Below, in pieces: positions 15,687 to 24,670 of a stretch of 32,000 nucleotides of DNA. Position 1 is the stretch's first letter; each line of letters opens with the position of its first letter. This stretch comes from Trichlorobacter lovleyi SZ (GTDB lineage: Bacteria > Desulfobacterota > Desulfuromonadia > Geobacterales > Pseudopelobacteraceae). The position numbers were made by a program, and so were the translations under genes. The stretch is taken from positions 480,001-512,000 of the forward strand of contig NC_010814.1 of NCBI RefSeq assembly GCF_000020385.1, given 5' to 3'. The notes below the pieces were generated by a model. The model had not been told where the DNA came from and searched no databases. It worked only from the letters and a program-made list of their open reading frames with translations.

Positions 15687-16501
15687 GACAGCAGGCCAAC
15701 CCCCAGAAGTGCCATAACCCCGATACCTGCTGCCACCCGATACCAGACAAACGGCCAGAGCGTGCGGCTCTGTACAAACTTCAGCAAAAAGGCAACGCTG
15801 ATATAGCCGACAACCGCCGAAACTGCTACCCCCACCAGCATCGGCATCGCCATACCCGGTTCAATACCATGTTTCAACAGGTGGAGCCCTTTCAGCAGGG
15901 CAGCGCCAAACACAATCGGCAGCGAGAGCAGGAATGAAAAACGGGCCGCATCAGTGCGGGCCAGCCCCAGCAGCAGTCCGGCAGTGATGGTGATACCGGA
16001 ACGGGAAACCCCCGGCACCAGGGCCAGGCATTGAAAACAACCCACCAGCATGGCTGTGCCCAGGGTGATTGAGGCAACGTCGTGCAGTTTTTTGCCGTAA
16101 CGGTCAGTCAGTCCTAACCCCAGTCCGAACAGAATCAGCATCAGGGCGATCATCAGCGGGCTGCTGCGGAAGAGTTCTTCAATCGGCTGTTCAAGGGTTT
16201 TACCTGCAATGGCCGCAGGTATCGAGGCCAGTACGATCATCCAGGGCAGCCGCAGCCTACGGGGGGCTTCCGGCTGGAAAAAACCGGTCAGGCCATCCTG
16301 TACCAGGCTAACAACGTCTTTGCGGAAGTAGACAAAAATGGCCAGAAAGGTACCAAAGTGCAGGGCAACATCAAAGGTCAACCCGGAATCGGGCCAGCCC
16401 AGCAGGCGGGGGATCAGGATCAGGTGGCCGGAGCTGCTGATCGGCAGTACTTCAGTGGCACCCTGAATCAGGCCCAGCAGGGCGGCATGCAGCAGGTCCA
16501 T
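15683..16501 (-). CDS. uppP: Undecaprenyl-diphosphate phosphatase
   Basis: 272 aa. GLIQGATEVLPISSSGHLIL and PGVSRSGITITAGLLLG motifs of BacA/UppP. Overlaps the radC start by 4 nt. Confidence 0.95.
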   Translation of the reverse strand: MDLLHAALLGLIQGATEVLPISSSGHLILIPRLLGWPDSGLTFDVALHFGTFLAIFVYFRKDVVSLVQDGLTGFFQPEAPRRLRLPWMIVLASIPAAIAGKTLEQPIEELFRSSPLMIALMLILFGLGLGLTDRYGKKLHDVASITLGTAMLVGCFQCLALVPGVSRSGITITAGLLLGLARTDAARFSFLLSLPIVFGAALLKGLHLLKHGIEPGMAMPMLVGVAVSAVVGYISVAFLLKFVQSRTLWPFVWYRVAAGIGVMALLGVGLLS

Positions 16502-16508
16502 TGGTCTC

Positions 16509-17198
16509 TTACTCCTTAGGAAGGTGTTTCATGGTGGGGTGCAAGCGTAGAGACGCGCCATCCTGCCTGCCCTGATGGAACGCCTCTGAAACGACAGTGG
16601 AACTGCGGCTGCGCCGGGTTCTCAGTTCGCCGACATGCTCTTCCCGGTACTGCCGGATCAGGGCGTCCTTAACCGGTACCAGCGCCTTGCTGGTGGTGGG
16701 AGTCTGGGCTTTCTGGGCCTGCAGGGCCTGACGTATGCCATGCACACCGCCCAGCAGGTAGGAGGTACGAATTCTCTGGCGATCAGCGGGGGGCAGTTTG
16801 TTATCACGCAACTCCAGACTGCTCAGGTAGCCTGAGGCGAGTCGGCGCAACTCCTTGATCAGAAACTGCAGGGTGCAGGCCGCCACACCGGGATCTTCTC
16901 CCACCCCGATGAAGCGTAACCGGCTGTGTTCCTGATTAGTGGTGACAATTGGAAAACAGTCAAAGGCATTGGCCACGGTGGCAAACAGTGACGACAGCCA
17001 TTTGGGGACGGTCTTGGCCACCTTCAGTTCAACTTCGCCTGCCCCTTCCTCCTGCATCTCCAGTTCAGACATGGCCAGGTTGTGTTCGGCCAGCAGGCGT
17101 TGGGCATGGGCCGCAGCCAGGGCGGCTTCATGCTCGTTACTGCTGTTTGAAAGGGCCAGCAGCTTGCGTACCCGCTCAATGATCCGTTCGCGGGTCAT
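16509..17198 (-). CDS. DUF2786-domain protein
   Basis: 229 aa. The N-terminus IIERVRKLLALSNSSNEHEAALAAAHAQRLLAEHNL is the DUF2786 signature as I recall it. Function unknown. Confidence 0.8.
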   Translation of the reverse strand: MTRERIIERVRKLLALSNSSNEHEAALAAAHAQRLLAEHNLAMSELEMQEEGAGEVELKVAKTVPKWLSSLFATVANAFDCFPIVTTNQEHSRLRFIGVGEDPGVAACTLQFLIKELRRLASGYLSSLELRDNKLPPADRQRIRTSYLLGGVHGIRQALQAQKAQTPTTSKALVPVKDALIRQYREEHVGELRTRRSRSSTVVSEAFHQGRQDGASLRLHPTMKHLPKE

Positions 17199-17692
17199 GG
17201 CTTTTCCTGTTCCTGCTCCAGATCCTCGCCGGTCAGGATTGATTCGCGGGTCAATTCTGCCAGTCCGGGGTCTTTGCGGCGGAAACGCACCACCAGCCAG
17301 TAGCAGAGAAAATAGGAGATGATTGCTGCACCAAGACCGATGAGGGAACTGCCGAGAAAGACTGATTTTGCATAGGGCTTCAGGGCAGTCCAGGACAGTT
17401 CGCTAAGGCAGAACGGACGTGCCTTGGCCCCCATCAACCATTCCCCCAGTTTATAGCTGGCTGCCAGTACCGGCACAACTGTCAGCGGGGTGTTGACCCA
17501 GGCGCCGGTGATGGTGGTCAGTTTGTTCAGGCGGAACAGGAAGGCCGCAGCAATGGCCAGGGGGGTATGGATGCCGAAGAAAGGGGTGATACTGATAAAG
17601 ACCCCCACCGCAAAACCGGCGGCAATATGGCCGGGGTGACTGTCCAGGGCAAGAATTGCCTTCATGCGTTGTTTTATCTGTTCTTTATTCAT
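17195..17692 (-). CDS. DUF2062-family membrane protein
   Basis: GFAVGVFISITPFFGIHTPLAIAAAFLFRLNKLTTITGAWVNTPLT matches the DUF2062 pattern. The first ATG is at 17692; the frame is open to a TTG at 17731. Its stop overlaps the next gene's start (ATGA). Confidence 0.7.
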   Translation of the reverse strand: MNKEQIKQRMKAILALDSHPGHIAAGFAVGVFISITPFFGIHTPLAIAAAFLFRLNKLTTITGAWVNTPLTVVPVLAASYKLGEWLMGAKARPFCLSELSWTALKPYAKSVFLGSSLIGLGAAIISYFLCYWLVVRFRRKDPGLAELTRESILTGEDLEQEQEKP

Positions 17693-17818
17693 GGGAGCAG
17701 TCAGTCTAAAGAGGGGCCCGCTGCTTGTCAATCGTCAAAAACCGTTGCAGCACAGTTGTAATAATGGTAACCAGTCCGCACCAGCCATTACACACTCTAG
17801 TCCAGCCGGGAGAGTATC

Positions 17819-18376
17819 ATGCCCCATCGCGAGTTGACCCACTATGCTGTCTCAGTTGTCGGTGCTGACCGTCCCGGCATTGTTGCCGGAGTAACTGAGG
17901 CACTCTACAAGCTGGGCTGCAATATCGCCGACTCCAGCTGCGCCATGCTGGCCGGCGAATTTGCCATGATCCTGATTGTCTCCCATCGCAAGCCGTTTAC
18001 CAAGGCCAACCTGGTTGAGGAATTGAAGCCGGTCTGTGAGCGGATGGCCATGACCCTGTCCGTGCGTCATCTGCCGCAGGGGGAAGAAGACCGGAAAGAA
18101 ACTGCCGGTGAGATCTGTCAGGTCACGGTGTATGGCGCTGATCAGCCGGGGATTGTCTACCGGGTGACCAGCACCCTGGCAGCACGCCAGATCAATATCA
18201 TGGATCTGCAGACCAAGCTGGCCGGAACGGAGCAGGAGCCGGTTTATATCATGCTGCTGGAGGCAACCCTGCCCGATGACTGTGCGCCGGAAGAGGTGGA
18301 AAAACTCTTGAATGGTCTGAAGCAGGAGCTGCAGGTTGAGATCAGTGTGCGGATTGTCACGCCGGTGGAGCTGTAA
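17819..18376 (+). CDS. Tandem ACT-domain protein (GcvR-like)
   Basis: 185 aa. Two ACT repeats (VSVVGADRPGIVAGVTEALYKLGCNI and VTVYGADQPGIVYRVTSTLAARQINI). Confidence 0.85.
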   Translation: MPHRELTHYAVSVVGADRPGIVAGVTEALYKLGCNIADSSCAMLAGEFAMILIVSHRKPFTKANLVEELKPVCERMAMTLSVRHLPQGEEDRKETAGEICQVTVYGADQPGIVYRVTSTLAARQINIMDLQTKLAGTEQEPVYIMLLEATLPDDCAPEEVEKLLNGLKQELQVEISVRIVTPVEL

Positions 18377-18885
18377 TGGCGGTTCAGCCGATCCTGAAAT
18401 ACCCGCACCCGCTGCTGAAAAAAATGGCCCACCGTGTTGCTGCTCTGGACGAGCCTATCCACACCCTGGTGCAGGATCTGATTGACACCATGCAGGCCGG
18501 TCCCGGTTCGGTCGGGGTGGCTGCGCCCCAGATCGGCGTGGGGTTGCGGGTCTGCGTGGTGGATGTCTCCAACAGCCGTCACGGCAAAGATAACAACCAC
18601 GGCCTGCTCTGCATGGTCAACCCGGAGATCATCAGCCGCTCTGGCCTGGCGGTGATGCGGGAAGGCTGCATGAGCGTGCCGGATTATACCGGTGATGTTG
18701 AGCGTGCCACCGAGATAACGGTCCGTTTTCTGGACAGCCGGAGCGGCCAGCAGCGGGAGGTGGCTGCCTCCGGGTTTGAGGCGGTGGCGATCCAGCATGA
18801 GATGGACCATCTGGATGGTCTGCTTTTTCTGGATCGGATCATCAGTGTTTCCACCGGTCTTTTCCGGCGGAAACAGTACCGCTAG
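18376..18885 (+). CDS. def: Peptide deformylase
   Basis: 169 aa. GVAAPQIGV, EGCMSVP and HEMDHLDG motifs. Confidence 0.95.
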   Translation: MAVQPILKYPHPLLKKMAHRVAALDEPIHTLVQDLIDTMQAGPGSVGVAAPQIGVGLRVCVVDVSNSRHGKDNNHGLLCMVNPEIISRSGLAVMREGCMSVPDYTGDVERATEITVRFLDSRSGQQREVAASGFEAVAIQHEMDHLDGLLFLDRIISVSTGLFRRKQYR

Positions 18886-18893
18886 GGGGAGAG

Positions 18894-19439
18894 ATGAAAA
18901 AGACAGAACAGAAGGTGTTGCTGCAGCTTGCCAGGGCGACCATCGTTGCGCAGGTTCATGGTCAGTCCCTGCCTGTGCTTGAAAAGCCGTCGGAGACCCT
19001 GCTGTCCCATTCGGGCTGCTTTGTGACCATCAAACAGCAGGGGCAGCTGCGGGGCTGTATCGGCAGTTTTGTGGCCCAGCAGCCGCTCTGGGAGACCGTG
19101 CGGGAGATGGCGGTCTCGGCTGCTACCCGTGATCCTCGTTTTTACCCGATGCGACCGGCTGACCTGGCTGACTTTCAGCTGGAGATTTCGGTACTCTCGC
19201 CGTTACAGCTGGTTCAGTCCATTGAAGAGATTCAGGTCGGCAGACATGGCCTCTACCTGATCAAAGGACATGCCCATGGTGTGCTGCTGCCCCAGGTGGC
19301 CACCGAATACGGCTGGGATCGGGAGACCTTCCTGCGCCATACCTGCCTGAAGGCCGGCCTGCCGGAGACGGCCTGGAAGAAGGATTGTGAGATCTATATC
19401 TTCTCTGCCGAGGTGTTCGGGGAAGAAAGGCCTGCGTAA
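18894..19439 (+). CDS. AMMECR1-domain protein
   Basis: 181 aa. GCFVTIKQQGQLRGCIGSF signature and RDPRF. Confidence 0.9.
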   Translation: MKKTEQKVLLQLARATIVAQVHGQSLPVLEKPSETLLSHSGCFVTIKQQGQLRGCIGSFVAQQPLWETVREMAVSAATRDPRFYPMRPADLADFQLEISVLSPLQLVQSIEEIQVGRHGLYLIKGHAHGVLLPQVATEYGWDRETFLRHTCLKAGLPETAWKKDCEIYIFSAEVFGEERPA

Positions 19440-19458
19440 AAATTTACGCAGGCCTTTC
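19425..19458 (+). terminator. Rho-independent terminator after the AMMECR1 gene
   Basis: GAAAGGCCUGCGUAA / UUACGCAGGCCUUUC stem of about 14 bp that includes the stop codon, followed by a U-rich CUUCUGUUGU. Confidence 0.7.
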
Positions 19459-19501
19459 TTCTGTTGTACGGTCCGATCTTTCTGCTCCTCGATAATCCCT
19501 G

Positions 19502-19530
19502 TTGCTCTACTGTTGTTGTCAAGTTATACT
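19502..19530 (+). promoter_or_regulatory. Putative sigma70-type promoter of the second tlpA-like operon
   Basis: TTGCTC (19502-19507), 17 nt spacer, TATACT (19525-19530). Pattern match only. Confidence 0.3.
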
Positions 19531-19594
19531 CATTAAGAATCCGGCTGTTTGTGTCGGCTTTTTAAGAAATGAAAAGCTGTAGAGGAGCTACGAC

Positions 19595-20101
19595 ATGCGA
19601 TGTGCTCTTGTTTTTCTGCTTTTTGTGCTCAACCTGCTAACCCTTTCCGTAACTCCCTGTCTGGCGGTAAAACTCAACACCCCGGCCCCGGATTTTACCC
19701 TCAAAGACCTGCAGGGGGGCAGACAAACCCTTTCAGGCTACCGGGGCAAGCTTGTACTGCTTAACTTCTGGTCCACCACCTGCCCCCCCTGCGTACAGGA
19801 ACTGCCATCACTGAACGATCTGTACAAAGATCAGAAACAGGCCGGACTCCTGGTGCTGGGTATTGCCCTTGATCCTGCTGAAAAGCCGGTTCATGAACTG
19901 GCCGGCAAGCTCAGGCTGGAGTTTCCGGTCGTGCTTGATAGTAACAAGGATGTCTACTTTGACAGCTATGGCCTGTTTGGACAGCCGGTCAGCGTTATTA
20001 TTGACCGTACCGGCCTGGTGCGTGAAAAGATGATTGGTGCCGTGGACTGGAACTCGCCCCAGATCAGGGCAAAAATAACCAGCTATCTGAAAGGACGGTG
20101 A
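19595..20101 (+). CDS. Periplasmic thiol:disulfide oxidoreductase, TlpA/ResA family (second paralogue)
   Basis: 168 aa. Signal peptide, VLLNFWSTTCPPCVQELPSL. Confidence 0.9.
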   Translation: MRCALVFLLFVLNLLTLSVTPCLAVKLNTPAPDFTLKDLQGGRQTLSGYRGKLVLLNFWSTTCPPCVQELPSLNDLYKDQKQAGLLVLGIALDPAEKPVHELAGKLRLEFPVVLDSNKDVYFDSYGLFGQPVSVIIDRTGLVREKMIGAVDWNSPQIRAKITSYLKGR

Positions 20102-20106
20102 CCCGT

Positions 20107-20457
20107 ATGCATTCCTGGCTGAAGTTTGGCGTAGTGGCAGTGGCAGCTTTTGGCATAATCGGCTGCAGTTCCGGTAACTTTCTGGTCTACAAGGATTCCA
20201 AGCACTTTTATGTGACCAGCACCGGGCCCGAACTGCGCAGGATCCTGTGCGATTCCGGTGATATGGCAAAAATAGCGAAAGACTCGCAACTGCCGGACGC
20301 CCTCCAGAAGGACCTGAAGGATGGCATCTGCAACAGCAACAAGGTGAAGGAACGCCTGCTGGCGACCCTCGAAGGGATGACTAAGGAGCAGCGCACCGCA
20401 TTGAAGACCGCGTTCCAGCAAAACGGCTACGATATCAATGTGGTAGCCAACTGTTGA
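20107..20457 (+). CDS. Small lipoprotein, unknown function
   Basis: Lipobox FGIIGC followed by SS. The ATG at 20107 lies 11 nt after AAGGA. The frame is also open from a GTG at 20098 (GTGA overlap with the upstream stop). Confidence 0.7.
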   Translation: MHSWLKFGVVAVAAFGIIGCSSGNFLVYKDSKHFYVTSTGPELRRILCDSGDMAKIAKDSQLPDALQKDLKDGICNSNKVKERLLATLEGMTKEQRTALKTAFQQNGYDINVVANC

Positions 20458-20498
20458 GGCAGTGCATACTAGCGTCCGGGTGACGCTGACAATAAAAT

Positions 20499-20540
20499 GA
20501 AACAACAATGGCCGGGTATTTACCCGGCCATTGTTGTTTC
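20499..20540. terminator. Very stable 20-bp perfect hairpin terminator
   Basis: GAAACAACAATGGCCGGGT / ACCCGGCCATTGTTGTTTC. The 3' arm is U-rich on the plus strand, and the minus-strand reading is followed by UCAUUUUAUU. A second 6-bp hairpin lies at 20471-20487. Confidence 0.7.
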
Positions 20541-20642
20541 TAAGGCAGACAGTCTGTGCGGAGCCGATGCATGCCGTTTCATTGACAGCCTTTGCTTTTA
20601 CGGTAAGCTTCTAAAACCACACACAAAGGACTGGAGTTTTCC

Positions 20643-21755
20643 ATGCAGCTGTTCCGCAAAGTTATAGGTTTTTGGTGCCTCCTCGGCCTGCTGGCCGCCT
20701 GTACGCCCAAGGAACCGGTCAGGATCGGTTTTATCGGCGGCATGTCAGGCCGGGTTGCCGATCTGGGGGTGGCTGGCCGTAATGGTGCCATGCTGGCCAT
20801 TGAGCAGAGAAACGCTGCCGGTGGCATTCATGGGCGGACAGTGGAGCTGGTGGTAAAGGATGACGGGCAAAATCCTGAAATTGCCCAAAAAGCCGTTGCC
20901 GAGCTGCTGAACTGCAGGCTGGAGCTGATTATCGGCCCCATGACCAGCAGCATTGCCATGGCGGTGCTGGAGCAGATCAATGCCTCCAGGTGTGTCCTGC
21001 TCTCTCCCACCGTGACCACCACGGCCTTGACCGGTAAGGACGATAACTTTCTGCGGGTGATCGGCGATACCCGTTCCTACGCAAGCAAGGCAGCCGTCTA
21101 CCAGGCCGTGAAGCTTGGCCGGCGCAACGTGGCGGTTATCTATGACCTGAATAACCGTTCCTACACCGAAAGCTGGTTGAATGATTTCAAGGCTGAGTTT
21201 GAGCGGCATGGCGGTTCAGTCATGACCGTACAAACCTACCAATCCTCTCCCGCAACCTCATTCAATCAGCTGGCAACCGTACTGCTGAAAAGCAAACCGC
21301 AACTGGTGATGATTATCGGTAATGCCATTGATGCCGCCCTGATCTGCCAGCAGATTCGCAAACTGGATCCGGTCGTTGCAATAGGATTAGCCGAGTGGGC
21401 CTCAACCGAGCGGTTTGTCGAGCTGGCAGGGGGCGCTGCCGAGGGGGTGGTTGTTTCCCAGTTTCTTGATCGCAATGATCGCTCAGAGCGTTATCAGGCC
21501 TTTCTGAAACAGTACCATGAACGCTTTGGCGGACAGGAACCGGGTTTTGCCGGGCTTGCCGGGTATGATGCCGCTCTGGCGGCCATGGAGGCTTATGGCG
21601 CGCGTCGGGAGGGTGAAATGCTCAAGCAGACGCTGATCCGGCTGAACAGTTATCAGGGCGTACAGCAGAAGTACCAGATTGATCGTTTTGGTGATGCAAA
21701 CCGGGCAACCTTGATGACGGTCATCCGTAACGGAAGCTACCAAACCCTGGAGTAG
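20643..21755 (+). CDS. Periplasmic solute-binding lipoprotein, LivK/Peripla_BP_6-type (branched-chain amino acid family fold)
   Basis: 370 aa. Lipobox LLAAC, IGFIGGMSGRVADLGVAGRNGAMLAIEQRNAAGGIHGRTVELVVKDD typical of type-I SBPs. Confidence 0.88.
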   Translation: MQLFRKVIGFWCLLGLLAACTPKEPVRIGFIGGMSGRVADLGVAGRNGAMLAIEQRNAAGGIHGRTVELVVKDDGQNPEIAQKAVAELLNCRLELIIGPMTSSIAMAVLEQINASRCVLLSPTVTTTALTGKDDNFLRVIGDTRSYASKAAVYQAVKLGRRNVAVIYDLNNRSYTESWLNDFKAEFERHGGSVMTVQTYQSSPATSFNQLATVLLKSKPQLVMIIGNAIDAALICQQIRKLDPVVAIGLAEWASTERFVELAGGAAEGVVVSQFLDRNDRSERYQAFLKQYHERFGGQEPGFAGLAGYDAALAAMEAYGARREGEMLKQTLIRLNSYQGVQQKYQIDRFGDANRATLMTVIRNGSYQTLE

Positions 21756-21764
21756 GCATTTACT

Positions 21765-23747
21765 ATGGTTGCACGTCCGCTGCGTCATATGCTGGTCCGC
21801 TTCGCGGCACTGATCACCCTGCTGCCCCTGGGATTGACAGCGCTGCTGGGCAGTCTGTGGCTGCTGCCCGAAGCAGAGCAGGAGATCGCTTCCTACCATC
21901 GTCAACTGGCGTTAACAATCGCCGGTCAGGTCGATTCCTACTTCAAGGCATCGCGCGTCTCAGCTGTTTCCGTAGCAGCCGTCACCGGCCAGACCGATCT
22001 TGCCGTTGTCCAGAAGGCGATTGCAACCAACCTGCAGTTGCTCAAGCGGCTACGTGCCATGTACCTGGTTGATGCAACAGGCCGGGTACGGGCCGTTGGA
22101 GTCAGCAATATGTCCAAGGCCTTGCAGGGCGACCTGCTCGGGCTGGATCTTTCCCGTAACGAACTGTTCCAGAAGGCGCGCGCCAGCGGCACGGAACAGT
22201 GGTCCGACAGCTTTCTTTCCGTGGTGGGCGGCGGCCTGTCGGTTGCCGTGGCAATGCCTGCAGGCAGTAACGTGGTGATTGAGGAGTTTGATCTTGCCCA
22301 TCTGAGTGAGTTTCTGCATCAGACAACCCCCGGCTCCGAGCAGCTGATCATGCTGATTGACCGGCACGGACAGGTCGTTGCCGACCAGGCAGGGACTTGG
22401 ACCGCCCAGCAGTTGAATCTGAATAATATCCCGCTGATCCATGAACGTCTTACGTCAACCAAAGAGGTGCGTGGCAGTCTGGTGCTGAACGGGATCGAGA
22501 TGGTGGGCAGCCTGCATAAAATCAACACGGTTGACTGGTGGATTCTGGTGGCCCGTCCCAGGCATGCTGCCTATCGTCAGCTCTGGACGTCGCTGGGGAT
22601 CATGGCCGTAACACTTGCCGCCACCACCCTGGCCGCCTTTGGTGTGGCCATGGTCCTGACCCGCCGGATGTCGCAACGTTTTGAATCACTGGCTGAACAT
22701 GCGCAGCTGGTCACCCGTGGCGGAGAGGCAACCGACTGGCCGCACTCGACCATTGTCGAATTCAATGCCCTGGCAGACAGCCTGCAGCAGATGTCTGAAA
22801 GCCTGCATGAACGGGCCCGTCTGCTTGAAGATGAGATCGCAGAGCGCCAGCATGCGCAGGAAGAGCTGCATGAAAAGGCGCTACTGCTGGAACAGGAGAT
22901 CGGCGAACGGGTACTGGCAGAGCATAACCTGCAGGTCAAACAGACCCAGCTTGAGGCACTTAACCTGACACTGGAGGCACGGGTACTAGAAGAGCTGGCC
23001 AAGAACCGCGAGAAGGATGCCCTCATGATCCAGCAGGGGCGCCTTGCCGCCATGGGAGAGATGCTGTCGAACATTGCCCATCAGTGGCGGCAACCCCTGA
23101 ATGAACTGGGTATCATGATTCAGACGCTCAGACTTGAATATGACGACAAGCTGCTGGACGGCAGTCGGATTGACGAGTTTAGCGATGACTGCATGCGGAC
23201 CATCCTGCATATGTCAAAAACCATTGATACATTCCGTGATTTTTTTAAAAAGGACCGGTCGTTGCAGCAGTTTGACCCATCTGTCTGCATTGTCGCAACA
23301 GTGGAGCTGCTCAAGGCCTCTCTGCAGGCAGCCGGAATCAGTCTGAGGCTCGATCTTCAGCCGGAGTGCCTGCTGCAGGGGCAGCCAAACGACTTTTCCC
23401 AGGTCATTCTGAACATCCTGAATAATGCCCGGGATATACTGCTGGCACGGGCGGTGGCTACGCCGGTCATCACGGTGACGTCGCAGCAGGCTCAGGGGGT
23501 GCTTGTAATCGTCGTGGAAGATAATGGCGGCGGCATTGCAGCCGATATTGTCGACAAGGTCTTTGATCCGTATTTTACCACCAAGCACAAGGCACAGGGA
23601 ACAGGGTTGGGGTTGTATATTTCCAAAAAGATCATCGAGGGTAATTTTAACGGTACGATTACGGTGGAACACTGTCCTGGCGGCACCCGTTTCAGGATTG
23701 CCGTGCCGGTGAGAATAGCGGAAACGGTTCATGGTGAATCAGATTAG
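21765..23747 (+). CDS. Membrane sensor histidine kinase (periplasmic Cache-like domain, HAMP, coiled coil, HisKA/HATPase)
   Basis: 660 aa. Two TM segments flank a periplasmic region of about 240 aa. H-box SNIAHQWRQPLNEL, N-box ILNNARD, G-boxes DNGGGI and GTGLGLYISKKI. Confidence 0.9.
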   Translation: MVARPLRHMLVRFAALITLLPLGLTALLGSLWLLPEAEQEIASYHRQLALTIAGQVDSYFKASRVSAVSVAAVTGQTDLAVVQKAIATNLQLLKRLRAMYLVDATGRVRAVGVSNMSKALQGDLLGLDLSRNELFQKARASGTEQWSDSFLSVVGGGLSVAVAMPAGSNVVIEEFDLAHLSEFLHQTTPGSEQLIMLIDRHGQVVADQAGTWTAQQLNLNNIPLIHERLTSTKEVRGSLVLNGIEMVGSLHKINTVDWWILVARPRHAAYRQLWTSLGIMAVTLAATTLAAFGVAMVLTRRMSQRFESLAEHAQLVTRGGEATDWPHSTIVEFNALADSLQQMSESLHERARLLEDEIAERQHAQEELHEKALLLEQEIGERVLAEHNLQVKQTQLEALNLTLEARVLEELAKNREKDALMIQQGRLAAMGEMLSNIAHQWRQPLNELGIMIQTLRLEYDDKLLDGSRIDEFSDDCMRTILHMSKTIDTFRDFFKKDRSLQQFDPSVCIVATVELLKASLQAAGISLRLDLQPECLLQGQPNDFSQVILNILNNARDILLARAVATPVITVTSQQAQGVLVIVVEDNGGGIAADIVDKVFDPYFTTKHKAQGTGLGLYISKKIIEGNFNGTITVEHCPGGTRFRIAVPVRIAETVHGESD

Positions 23748-23777
23748 CGCTGATCTTCCGCCGTATCAGTATGTATC

Positions 23778-23885
23778 CCCTCTCCCTGAGGGAGAGGGCC
23801 AGGGTGAGGGGGAAACTGATGGATAGTGTTTGACCTCATCCCCCTCATCCGGCCTTTGGTCCCCTTCTCCCTCAAGGGAGAAGGG
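23778..23885. repeat. Cluster of three G/C-tract palindromes (REP-like intergenic element)
   Basis: CCCTCTCCC-tga-GGGAGAGGG (23778-23798). TGAGGGGGA...TCCCCCTCA (23805-23847). CCCTTCTCCC-tcaa-GGGAGAAGGG (23862-23885). Confidence 0.55.
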
Positions 23886-24010
23886 TAAAGCGGAAGCTTT
23901 GACGCTAATCAGGATGGTGAATGACGTGTCAGCCCCTGTCTCCTGATGGTGATTAGTCCCCCCGCAACGTCCTTGGCAGATTGTCCAGACCTCCAAGCGG
24001 ATCAGCCCGC

Positions 24011-24042
24011 TTGAAAAAAGCCGGCCCTGTTTTCAGGGCCGG
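24011..24042 (-). terminator. Rho-independent terminator of the czc-type operon
   Basis: CCGGCCCUG (4-nt loop) CAGGGCCGG at 24021-24042. On the minus strand it is followed by CUUUUUUCAA. Confidence 0.7.
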
Positions 24043-24062
24043 TCTGGTTGCCGCAAGGAGTG

Positions 24063-24638
24063 TCAGCACTGTTTTGCTGCAATCAGTGTCTTAACACCGC
24101 CATAGAAGGTTCTATCGCCATGGAACCCCAGCAGGCGGTGGTTCCCTTTGGCCCGGTATACCGGTTTAAGCTCAATTGCATTTGCTCCTTGCCCGACTAT
24201 CACCTCATGCTCCAGCACAACACCGTCAACCGGCAGCGCAAAGGTAACCTGATGGGGCCCTATCGGCAGCCGCAGGGTGGTTGCAAAACGGTAGCGCGTT
24301 CCGTTGCCGGCTTCAGGATCCATGCTGCCACGGTACTCGCCAACTTCCTGTTTCATGGCGCCGGTTACCCGTTGCGTTTGTCCATTGACGCCAATCAGCA
24401 GTTGATATTTTTCCGTACCGTAACCGGTCGTATCGATGAGGACACTACCGGGGTTTCTTGTCTTCAGGTTGAGGGTAACCTGTAGGTCACCGAACCCGGC
24501 TGGTGATTGCGAGCGACGCTGCTCAACGACGTGAAACACTCCCTGCCCATTTTGGGTTTCGAGGCGATTGATGGTTGCTGTTGAGGCACACCCGGAAAGC
24601 AGGGCGGCCGTGGCAAATAGCATATATATTTTTTTCAT
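24063..24638 (-). CDS. Lipoprotein, unknown function (last gene of the efflux operon)
   Basis: 191 aa. MKKIYMLFATAALLSGC lipobox. Predicted beta-rich mature part. Confidence 0.8.
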   Translation of the reverse strand: MKKIYMLFATAALLSGCASTATINRLETQNGQGVFHVVEQRRSQSPAGFGDLQVTLNLKTRNPGSVLIDTTGYGTEKYQLLIGVNGQTQRVTGAMKQEVGEYRGSMDPEAGNGTRYRFATTLRLPIGPHQVTFALPVDGVVLEHEVIVGQGANAIELKPVYRAKGNHRLLGFHGDRTFYGGVKTLIAAKQC

Positions 24639-24670
24639 GAGTGTTCTCCCTTTTATACGCTTGAAGAATG

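Noticed and set aside
23766-23996. 76-aa minus-strand ORF in the kinase/czc intergenic region
   Set aside because: Its sequence (SPSPWPSPSGRGD, LEGEGDQRPDEGDE) is the direct translation of palindromic C/T-G/A repeat units. It has no RBS and is a repeat artefact.
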